64,000 nt of DNA, from contig CAWFJP010000004.1 in assembly GCA_963816145.1 (NCBI GenBank), forward strand, positions 480,001-544,000. The letters are read 5' to 3'. Shown one piece after another: positions 20,968-28,945 of the stretch. The translations under genes and the position numbers were made by a program. Under the pieces are notes generated by a model. It made no database searches. It was not told where the DNA came from and saw only the letters and a list, made by a program, of their open reading frames with translations. The stretch's first letter is position 1, and every line of letters begins with the position of its first letter. The stretch is from an uncultured delta proteobacterium (GTDB lineage: Bacteria; Desulfobacterota; Binatia; UBA9968).

Positions 20968-23895
20968 ATGGGAAATTTTGCGACACCCAGCACGGTCAGT
21001 TCAACGTTCAATCTAATCGAGCGGGTCCGGACGGAATGTCGCGACCATCCGAAGGCGGTCGCCATCGAGTCGGGAAACTGCCGAGTAACCTACGCTGACC
21101 TGGGTCATCAAATTGACTCTATTGTGGCCATGATGCGAAAGTCATCTTGCGCGCCAGGCGAAGTGATCGCCGTCATGGTCGCGGACCGGGCGGCCCTCAT
21201 CGCCGTTATGCTCGGTGTGCTACAAGAGGGCTGTGTCTTTGTGCCGCTAAACGACGACGCGCCGGCCGAGCGGCTGCGCCGTGTCATTAGATGGCTCCAA
21301 CCGAAGCTGGTTCTGACCACCGAATTACAGCAGTCAACTGTCAAAGGTCTTGTCGCGAGCCTCGGTGAGGCAACTTCGGTACTGACGGTTCCGTGTGCTG
21401 TTGAGAAGACACCCGATGAGGAAGCGGCACGGACTCCCGTGGCTTCTCCGACCGAGATCTTCGTGCCGACCGCTAACGCACCCTCCTACGTATATTTTAC
21501 TTCCGGCTCCACCGGTCAGCCGAAAGGTATCGCCGGAACTTTGACCAGCCTGGCCAAACGTATTGCCTGGGAGATCGATGCCTTTCAGATCCCGCGCGGT
21601 TTTCGCGTGAGCCAGCTAATCACCGCGACGTTTGACCCATGGTTTAGGGATATCTTTGTTCCGCTTTGCGCAGGGGGCACCATTTGCATACCGCCGGATC
21701 GACCGGCTCGACTGAGTCCAGAATCGCTTCTCGAATGGCTCCGCGATGCGAAGATCAATCTCATGCATTGCGGCCCGACACTATTTAACACAATGGTCAG
21801 CACGCCACCCCGGATCCGAAGGCTTCCGGATTTGCGCCAAGTCTTACTCTCCGGCGAGTTTTTGCATGTCTCGCTGGTATCTCGCTGGCGGCGGCGTTTC
21901 GGCTCGGAGACACAACTCGTTAACCTCTACGGTCCCACTGAAGCGACCATGGCGCAGTTCCACCACATCGTCGAGGCGGCGGACTTGAAGCGTGACTTCA
22001 TTCCCATCGGGCGAGCGCTGCCGGACGTGGATATCCTGCTCCTAGACGAACAAGGCAAACCTTGCGCGCCCGGCCAAATGGGCGAGATTTTAATCGGTGG
22101 CCCGACTTTAAGTTTGGGTTATTTTCGCGATGACGAGGAGACCCGCAAAGCGTTTGTCGAAATGGCGATGCCGGATGGTGATCGGAAGCTTTTTTACCGC
22201 AGCGGCGATGTCGGCGTGGAATTCGCCGGCGGAATGTATCGGCTCTTAGGGCGTCGGGACGATCAAGTAAAAATTCGCGGTGTCCGGGTTGAACCGCGAG
22301 AGGTGGAAGATGCGCTTATAGGTTATCCGCTTGTCGCGGCTTGCGCGGTAACGGTACATAGATGTGGAGAAGGCGAGTCCACGCTCGTTGCCTACGTCGT
22401 GCCGGAAACGGAATATCCACCGGCAATTCCCGAGATGCGAGCCTACCTCCGCGAGCGTTTGCCGTTAGAGTCCGTTCCGGCAAAAATCGTGTTGGTCAAC
22501 CAACTCCCCGTCACAGACACTGGCAAAATCGATCGGCGCAGGTTGCCCGAGCCGGGGCAGATGCTGCAGGAATCAGAGGATCACGGCACCGCACCGCGCA
22601 ATCTGTTGGAATCCGCGCTGGCGGAATACTGGTGCGAAATTCTTGGCTTGCCGCGCGTCGGTGTCCATGATCACTTTCTGGACCTGGGAGGGCACTCGCT
22701 GAGTGCAATGCGCTTAATCAACAGAGTCCGCTCGGACCAAGGCATTGGACTGTCGGTGGTGGATATTTTAAATAACCCTACCGTCGCAAAGCTAGCGGTG
22801 CGAATTGAGGCTCTCACCGCTACCGAGGAGAGAACGCCGAACATTGCCATAGGCACTGCAGCGCCGCGTTTACCAAATCTCTTGACTGCCACGACTACTC
22901 AGACGCCTCCAGATTTGGAGAGCGACTTTGCCTGCCCTGAAAAACCGTCGCCCCTGTTCGGCGCCCGCCATTGCAACCTCGTCCTGTTTCTCGGCGACAG
23001 CGGCGATCGCGACAGCTTTGAAAACGTTCGCCATTGGGTGGAGAAATTCGATCCGACGATTCACGCCGAGATCGTCGAGGATAAGCCCGGTTGGTCGACC
23101 GACCTGCCGAGCCGACCGTCATTGTTCTTTTCACCGGCATTGATCCGCAATCGACCGCGTATTCCCGGTCATATCGCTTGTGGCTTTCCGTTGAGCAAGA
23201 GCGAGGAGTACTTGATTCTAGCCAAGGCTGGTATTGCCGTGCCGCGTTGGGTAGCCCTGCGGGAGAATGAGATGCCCAACCTGAATGGGTTCGGCGAGTA
23301 CGTTGTGCGCAAGCCCGATTACGGCGCCAAAGGTGCCGAGGTGCGCATCGTCAAGCGTGAACGTGTTCGCTGGAAACGCGTGGTCACTTCGGCAGCGGGC
23401 CCAAGTCCCACGTTGCTCGTGCAGGAGTTCATTTACACCGGGCCGTGGCCCGTCAGCTACCGCGTCAATACTCTTTTCGGCCGTGTCCTGTACTGCATAC
23501 GAATTACGGCCAACCACACCCGCCCGGTTCTGCGCGGCGCCAACGACTTCGACGTCCGAGGATCGGGAAATACCGTGTCGATCGTTTCAAATGTGCGCGA
23601 CTCCACGGCTGAGTATTGCGATGACGTTGAGATCATTCGGTTTGGCGAGCAAGCGGCCCGCGCATTTCCTGACTTGCCGATGTTGGGTGTCGATATATTG
23701 AAAGAAGCCGGCGGCGGGCGATTGTTCGTGACCGAGGTCAATGCGCTCGGGCACAATTGGAACTTTGGCAAGGAATTTCGCGACAACTTTGCCCTCGATC
23801 CTGCAAGCCAGTTCGACGGATTACGGAAAGCCGCCTTCGTTCTAGCCGAGCAAACACAGAGCCTTGCGAATCTCGCTCGCAATGCCGATTCGTAA
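20968..23895 (+). CDS. Stand-alone NRPS-like protein: adenylation + PCP + C-terminal ATP-grasp-like domain
   Basis: A-domain cores YFTSGSTGQPKG, NLYGPTE, GEILIGG..LGY, YRSGD, GRRDDQVKIRG, TGKIDR; PCP DHFLDLGGHSL (Ser at 22696); ATP-grasp-like RKPDYGAKG, LVQEFI, GVDI, TEVN. Confidence 0.85.
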   Translation: MGNFATPSTVSSTFNLIERVRTECRDHPKAVAIESGNCRVTYADLGHQIDSIVAMMRKSSCAPGEVIAVMVADRAALIAVMLGVLQEGCVFVPLNDDAPAERLRRVIRWLQPKLVLTTELQQSTVKGLVASLGEATSVLTVPCAVEKTPDEEAARTPVASPTEIFVPTANAPSYVYFTSGSTGQPKGIAGTLTSLAKRIAWEIDAFQIPRGFRVSQLITATFDPWFRDIFVPLCAGGTICIPPDRPARLSPESLLEWLRDAKINLMHCGPTLFNTMVSTPPRIRRLPDLRQVLLSGEFLHVSLVSRWRRRFGSETQLVNLYGPTEATMAQFHHIVEAADLKRDFIPIGRALPDVDILLLDEQGKPCAPGQMGEILIGGPTLSLGYFRDDEETRKAFVEMAMPDGDRKLFYRSGDVGVEFAGGMYRLLGRRDDQVKIRGVRVEPREVEDALIGYPLVAACAVTVHRCGEGESTLVAYVVPETEYPPAIPEMRAYLRERLPLESVPAKIVLVNQLPVTDTGKIDRRRLPEPGQMLQESEDHGTAPRNLLESALAEYWCEILGLPRVGVHDHFLDLGGHSLSAMRLINRVRSDQGIGLSVVDILNNPTVAKLAVRIEALTATEERTPNIAIGTAAPRLPNLLTATTTQTPPDLESDFACPEKPSPLFGARHCNLVLFLGDSGDRDSFENVRHWVEKFDPTIHAEIVEDKPGWSTDLPSRPSLFFSPALIRNRPRIPGHIACGFPLSKSEEYLILAKAGIAVPRWVALRENEMPNLNGFGEYVVRKPDYGAKGAEVRIVKRERVRWKRVVTSAAGPSPTLLVQEFIYTGPWPVSYRVNTLFGRVLYCIRITANHTRPVLRGANDFDVRGSGNTVSIVSNVRDSTAEYCDDVEIIRFGEQAARAFPDLPMLGVDILKEAGGGRLFVTEVNALGHNWNFGKEFRDNFALDPASQFDGLRKAAFVLAEQTQSLANLARNADS

Positions 23896-24142
23896 ATCGC
23901 TCGCTCTGATTCAAATTGCCATGTCTATTTCTGGCCGTTGGTTTTCTGCCTGGACGGGATCGCATTGAGCGGCGAGAGATAGGATCTCTGCAACTCTGCA
24001 GCGCTGCGGTCAATCCTTTTTTTCTCTTCAGTAGTGCCTTTACTGCGCCAGCTAATTTGCAGTTAAACAATCCCCGGGATCTTAGAAACACGTAATGGAT
24101 AAGCCGGTTTTAACGATCTTGCTGAGCGCTTGCTGTTACTAT

Positions 24143-24783
24143 CCCATCCTTCCCAACTGGCAGGGTAATCGATCTAAAAAACAAATAAAAACAACCCTCA
24201 CAGTTAAAAGGTCTCCACTACATCGGGCATGATTTTGTTAGTGGACCCGTTGGCCGCCGGCAGTGATTCGGGGTGGCGGCTGGGGCGGCAAAGTGAGATT
24301 GAGTTGTTCTAAGAGAAGCTTGTGATCGGTGTCGGGCTCGGTGTAACGGCTAAGAATCAAAGTGCGGCCGTCGGTGGTGGGAAACTTGACATCGAGCATC
24401 TGCAGGGTGGCAAACTTATCGAGCACCGCGCGAGGCGTCAGTCCATCTGCCACAGGCCGTAGCCTGGCCTTGAGCGTGACGTGCAGGCAATAAGAGATAA
24501 ACGCCACAAAGATATGCGCTTCGATGCGAGATTGAAGCTGGTGGTAAATCGGCCGCAATTGAAGATCGTCTTTTAAGTTTTTGAAGGCCGCTTCAATCTC
24601 GACCAGTTGGATGTAGAACTGCCAGAGCTGAGCGGGCTCTCGGCCCGACAGATTGGTCCGTAGCAGATAGCGGCCCTCGCGCCGGCGCTTCTTCGCCCGA
24701 AGTGGCCAAGAATTTCGTCGACAGGGAGACAGCTGTGAGGCTGGGCGCTGCCAATGGTTGCGCGGAAGCTGCTCTATTTCCAC
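24143..24783 (-). mobile_element. IS1634-family transposase C-terminal remnant with right end
   Basis: EGRYLLRTN, YIQLVEIEAAFKNLKDDLQLRPIYHQ..RIEAHIFVAFISYCL, PPQPPPRI; N-terminal part missing; end position approximate. Confidence 0.8.
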
Positions 24784-24868
24784 TGGCTCCGCTGGCCGAT
24801 CATCTTCGCGCGCACTGGGTTGAGCACGACGTAGCGGCAGACTTCAAGAAAATGGCCGTCCTTTTATA

Positions 24869-25297
24869 TTATTGAGTCGGGCGTTCCAACTCAGCTAACC
24901 GGCGACGCAGGTCGCGTTCCTCATTCCATCGTTGAGTCTCATCGCGAACGATCGCCACAATTGCTGAAGTGTGGCTGTCGGACAAATTCACCAGCGCAAC
25001 CGTAAACGCGATGGAAAGCGCGCGCCCGTCTTTGTGCAGAGCCGGCACGCGGAGTACTTCGGCGCCGTAGCGAGTCTCGCCGGTGCGCATTACCTGTCGA
25101 AACCCCTCCCAATGGCGCTCGCGAAAACGCTCGGGAATAATCAGATCGAGCGATTGGTCAATGGCATCTGCGCCCGTGAACCCGAAAATGCGCTCCGCTG
25201 CCGGGTTCCATAAAATGATCTTACCGTCGCTTCCGACCGCAATGATCGCATCACCGGCCGATTGTACAAAAGATTCCAAGTTGATGTTTTGGTACAT
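24869..25297 (-). CDS. Stand-alone PAS-domain protein
   Basis: DAII, WNPAAERIFG, LIIPERFRERH, HKDG, IVRD. Confidence 0.88.
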   Translation of the reverse strand: MYQNINLESFVQSAGDAIIAVGSDGKIILWNPAAERIFGFTGADAIDQSLDLIIPERFRERHWEGFRQVMRTGETRYGAEVLRVPALHKDGRALSIAFTVALVNLSDSHTSAIVAIVRDETQRWNEERDLRRRLAELERPTQ

Positions 25298-25453
25298 ATC
25301 GTCCCCCCAACTGTTGCTAGCGATATTTGACTAGATGAGCTACCGCGGCGATCAAAAAGTTCTTGAAGTAAGCTTTGTCATTGAGCGGTTTGAATATCCG
25401 TCCGGCGAGTCACATTTGGAAGCCGATAACCTTCTCAGGCGATATCGAGAGCT

Positions 25454-25885
25454 TCAAATGACGGCAATTGTTTGTAACTTGCAGCGTCGAGCGGCCGCCA
25501 GTTGCCGTTCGTCGGCGCTGATGAATGGCAGCAGCGCGTGCACGGACTGTTGGATGACGAGCGCCGAGGCGAGATGGATCGCGTCGAGCGTCCAAACTTG
25601 GTGTTTGACGACGACTTCTTCAGCTTTGGCCAAGACTTGCGGCACGGATTCGACTAGTTGCCAAAACGAGCGGTCGGTTTTGACGCGAGCTATGATCGCA
25701 TTGTAATTCGCTCTAGTGATGTCGCCCTGGCTGTAGCGCCGTTGCACTGCCGAGTGTAATTCGATAGGCGCGATCGCCGAGGAAAGGAATTCATGAGTTG
25801 TGAGAAGCACGCGAACTTGCGCCGAACCTGCTTCTTGTACGTAGTTCTTGACGAGGGCGCTTGTGTCGAAATAGGCCAGGCTCAC
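25454..25885 (-). CDS. vapC: PIN-domain VapC-type toxin
   Basis: YFDTSALVK, TLDAIHLASA, FISADERQ; GTG start overlaps antitoxin stop. Confidence 0.88.
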   Translation of the reverse strand: MSLAYFDTSALVKNYVQEAGSAQVRVLLTTHEFLSSAIAPIELHSAVQRRYSQGDITRANYNAIIARVKTDRSFWQLVESVPQVLAKAEEVVVKHQVWTLDAIHLASALVIQQSVHALLPFISADERQLAAARRCKLQTIAVI

Positions 25886-26166
25886 CGCTCGTCTCGCTCT
25901 TCGCTGATTGTGCCGGCGAAGGGCTCGCCTTTGATACGAATAGGGGAGCGCCAAGCGAGCATCGGTTTTCCGCTTTTCGGACCGCGCCGCAAGATCCCTT
26001 CGGCTTCCAGGCGGCGCATGACGGCGTCGGCATCATCTTTCGCTGCCAACGGCTTGATCACGGCGATGGGCTTGCCGCGCTCCGTTAAGATCACGTCTTT
26101 GCCGGATTTGACTGCCTTGATCGCTTTGGAAAAGCTCTGATTGGCCTCTCTCAATCCCATACGCAT
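25882..26166 (-). CDS. Phd/YefM-family antitoxin
   Basis: MGLREANQSFSKAIKAVKSGKDVILTERGKPIAVIKP. Confidence 0.88.
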   Translation of the reverse strand: MRMGLREANQSFSKAIKAVKSGKDVILTERGKPIAVIKPLAAKDDADAVMRRLEAEGILRRGPKSGKPMLAWRSPIRIKGEPFAGTISEERDER

Positions 26167-26184
26167 TGGTGTGCCCCAGTAAAC

Positions 26185-26228
26185 TGTAGTGATGTCACTA
26201 CAATATGATGGATGGTGTGAAGTGTCAA
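26185..26228 (-). promoter_or_regulatory. sigma70-type promoter with overlapping palindromic operator for the TA operon
   Basis: Minus strand TTGACA-17bp-TATTGT; palindrome TGTAGTGA-tg-TCACTACA at 26185-26202. Confidence 0.7.
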
Positions 26229-26662
26229 GCGCACTTGTTAAAGGTCTGTTGAATACGCCGGCGAACATTAGGAAATATGACGAGATGCGGTGACCGAGTG
26301 CGCATGGCGGTGCGAGTCTGGAGCGTGGAATTGAAGTGATGCGACATGGAAAGTCATATCCTAAAAATCCAATGCCGAATCTGAGTTCCGGGCGAAAATA
26401 ATTGCCAGTGGACACAACCATTAGATCCTCGGGCGCGAGGATGTCTAAGAATATCCGGCCGGAAAGGTAACAGGAGATCAGCGGTCGGTGAAGCCAAATG
26501 AGCCCACCCCGAAGCAAGCCGGCGCAATAACCAAGATTTAGCGGCGATGGCAGCATGCTTCCCCAAAGTGTGTGATGGCAAGACCTGTTCCCTTGCTTGG
26601 CCTCGCTGTCGGAGAGCGATATGGCTCGACATTTTCAGGAATTTCTGCTGAATAATCAGAAC

Positions 26663-27754
26663 ATGGAAGAGACAATCTCAGCGATCGACACGATCACGCT
26701 CCGCATTCCGTTGGACATCTGGGCTCCGGCGCCAATGTCTCAAGGTGTGCCGCGCACGCATGTTGAAAGTCTTTATGTGCGCGTGACGACCCGTAGTGGC
26801 CTAGTGGGTTGGGGGGAGTCATTCGGCACAGCCCGTCCCATGGTCGTCGCAGCGATCGACAACTGGATCAGGCGTCTCGCAGTTGGACAGAGCGCCTCGG
26901 ATGAGCAACTCGTGGCACGCATAGAACGCATGTTGCTTTCATTGAGCCGCTCCGGTCCGCTGGCCCACGCGCTCGCGGGACTCGACATTGCGCTGTGGGA
27001 CATCCGGGGGAAGCTTGCGGGCGTGCCGGTGTCGACGCTCCTGGGCGGCGCCAAGCGAACCCGCGTCGAATGTTATGCCTCGTTGCTGCAATATTCCGGC
27101 AACCCAGAATACATCAAGCGCAACACCGCTCGCGCGCTCGAACGCGGTTATCGCCTGATTAAGCTCCATGAGCGCTCCCCCGAGGCGGTCGCTGCTGCGC
27201 GCGAGGTGACCGGTCCGGACATTCCTCTTATGGTGGATACCAACTGCGCTTGGACTTCGGCCGAAGCCGAAGCGGCGGTCGCGGCGATGGCGCCGTACAA
27301 GCCGTTCTGGGTCGAGGAGCCGATCTATCCTCCGGAGGACTTCGAAGCGCTCGCCAAGCTGCGCACGGTCACCGGCGTACCGATGGGGATCGGCGAGAAC
27401 TCAACCAGTCTGCGCGAGTTTCGCCGAATGGTCACCATCGGCAAGGCTGATTACGTTCAGCCCGCCATGGTCAAGCTGGGCATCACCGCCATGGCGAAAG
27501 TAGCGGCCGAGGTCGAGCAGGCGGGCGCCACCTGCGTGCCGAACGCCTTTTATCTGGGACCGGCTTTTCTCGCGGTGTTGCATTGCCTCGCGGCAAAGGA
27601 AAAAGTTTCGCCCCTCGAACGGATGTTTGCCGACTTCGGCGCTACGCCGTTCGCCAAGACCGTACCTATCATCAACGGCGGGGTTGAAGTCCCGCAAAGC
27701 CCAGGGCTCGGCGCGGACCCGGAAGATGAACTGATTGCACGGTTCAGAGTCTAA
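26663..27754 (+). CDS. Mandelate racemase/muconate lactonizing enzyme family (enolase superfamily)
   Basis: GWGE, DIALWDIRGK, KLH, MVDTN, WVEEP, GEN, PGLG. Confidence 0.9.
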   Translation: MEETISAIDTITLRIPLDIWAPAPMSQGVPRTHVESLYVRVTTRSGLVGWGESFGTARPMVVAAIDNWIRRLAVGQSASDEQLVARIERMLLSLSRSGPLAHALAGLDIALWDIRGKLAGVPVSTLLGGAKRTRVECYASLLQYSGNPEYIKRNTARALERGYRLIKLHERSPEAVAAAREVTGPDIPLMVDTNCAWTSAEAEAAVAAMAPYKPFWVEEPIYPPEDFEALAKLRTVTGVPMGIGENSTSLREFRRMVTIGKADYVQPAMVKLGITAMAKVAAEVEQAGATCVPNAFYLGPAFLAVLHCLAAKEKVSPLERMFADFGATPFAKTVPIINGGVEVPQSPGLGADPEDELIARFRV

Positions 27755-27855
27755 GTCCGCGCTGTCCAAGTACGGTGTGTCTGCTTCAGCGGGCATTATA
27801 ATATGTATAAGTCAAAACTCAGGCTTGATCCCGCTGCTCTGCTCCACCTATGTCG

Positions 27856-28257
27856 CTACGGCAACCTGATGTTTTCTACGGTGATTCCGAGGGATGGAGC
27901 GCGGGATAGCGGGCCATCGGCTGTGAGCAGCGTTGCATTGGCGATACGCGCAGCGGCGACGTAAAAAGCATCGTACGCACTGACGTTGTTCCGGTGTTGC
28001 CATGCAACTCGGAGAAGTGGCAGATGGGGAATCCGATCGACACTCCAATCCATTAGGTCATCGAGCGCGAGTGAGGCGCGGTGGTCAGAAAGCTCGCCGC
28101 GAAGCACCGCGCGTCTTAGTACCGACATCACTTCGACATCCAACAATTCGGGCGCCAGTAGCGTTGCGTCTTCAAGGATGTCGACCAATTTCAGCCCCAA
28201 CGGCGTTCGCAGCAGATATTCCGTAGCCGCCGACGCATCGATGACGTAACGGCTCAC
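27856..28257 (-). CDS. vapC: PIN-domain VapC-type toxin
   Basis: VIDASA, LAPELLDVEV, SAYDAFYVAAA, LLTADG. Confidence 0.88.
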   Translation of the reverse strand: MSRYVIDASAATEYLLRTPLGLKLVDILEDATLLAPELLDVEVMSVLRRAVLRGELSDHRASLALDDLMDWSVDRIPHLPLLRVAWQHRNNVSAYDAFYVAAARIANATLLTADGPLSRAPSLGITVENIRLP

Positions 28258-28487
28258 GGCAGATCGTTACCGCGCTGCCGGCGTTCCTCCTCAAGCAGCG
28301 CTGCTGCCGAGGTGCCGAGCGTGGTCGCCGGGCGGGTGGAGAAGCGTTTGTGCCATTCCCGGCGCGCCACTTCCCGCTCGATTGCTTCCAAGACGATATC
28401 GCCAAGCGTGCATTCCTGCTGGCGCGCGTATCGGCGCAGCTGGTTATGCAGCTTTTGCGGTATGTTTTTGACTTGAATATTCGCCAT
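28254..28487 (-). CDS. FitA-like ribbon-helix-helix antitoxin
   Basis: MANIQVKNIPQKLHNQLRRYA; overlaps toxin start. Confidence 0.8.
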   Translation of the reverse strand: MANIQVKNIPQKLHNQLRRYARQQECTLGDIVLEAIEREVARREWHKRFSTRPATTLGTSAAALLEEERRQRGNDLP

Positions 28488-28497
28488 GTCGGAGATT

Positions 28498-28516
28498 AGC
28501 ATGCCGCGGGCATGCT
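28498..28516. promoter_or_regulatory. Palindromic putative antitoxin operator
   Basis: AGCATGCC-gcg-GGCATGCT just upstream of the antitoxin start. Confidence 0.55.
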
Positions 28517-28629
28517 GGCAATCGCGAGGTGAAATCGGCCAGCGGATGCTAGCGGGTCAACTGGTGGCGATTACGGACCAGCCACTGTTGCGTGGCGCAA
28601 CAGGCGAAAGTTCAGATGGTAAAGGCGCG

Positions 28630-28887
28630 GCAGAAATAGCGGCCCAGGTGGCATCGGGCGCCACTTGCGTGCCGAATACATTTTATATCGGATCGGCTTT
28701 TCTCGCGGTGCTGCACTGCAAGGTGGCAAAGGAAAATGATTCGCCGCTCGAGCGGATGTTCGCCGACTTCGGCGCGACGCCGTTCGCCAAGACCGTTCCA
28801 GTGATCGACGGCGGAATCGAAGTTCCGCAAGCCCTAGGTCTCGGCGCGAACCCGGACGACGACCTGATTACTCGGTTCAGAGTGTAA
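28630..28887 (+). pseudogene. Diverged duplicate of the 3' end of the enolase-family gene
   Basis: ATCVPNTFYIGSAFLAVLHC...SPLERMFADFGATPFAKTVP...RFRV matches the C-terminus of 26663-27754; similarity continues past the stop. Confidence 0.85.
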
Positions 28888-28945
28888 GTCCGCTCTGTCC
28901 AAGCACAGCGCCTCCGCTTCCGCGGCCATCGTAATGTGAATAAAT

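Noticed and set aside
26167-26556. Long N-terminal extension of the Phd antitoxin
   Set aside because: Spans the promoter/operator; the family match starts at 26166
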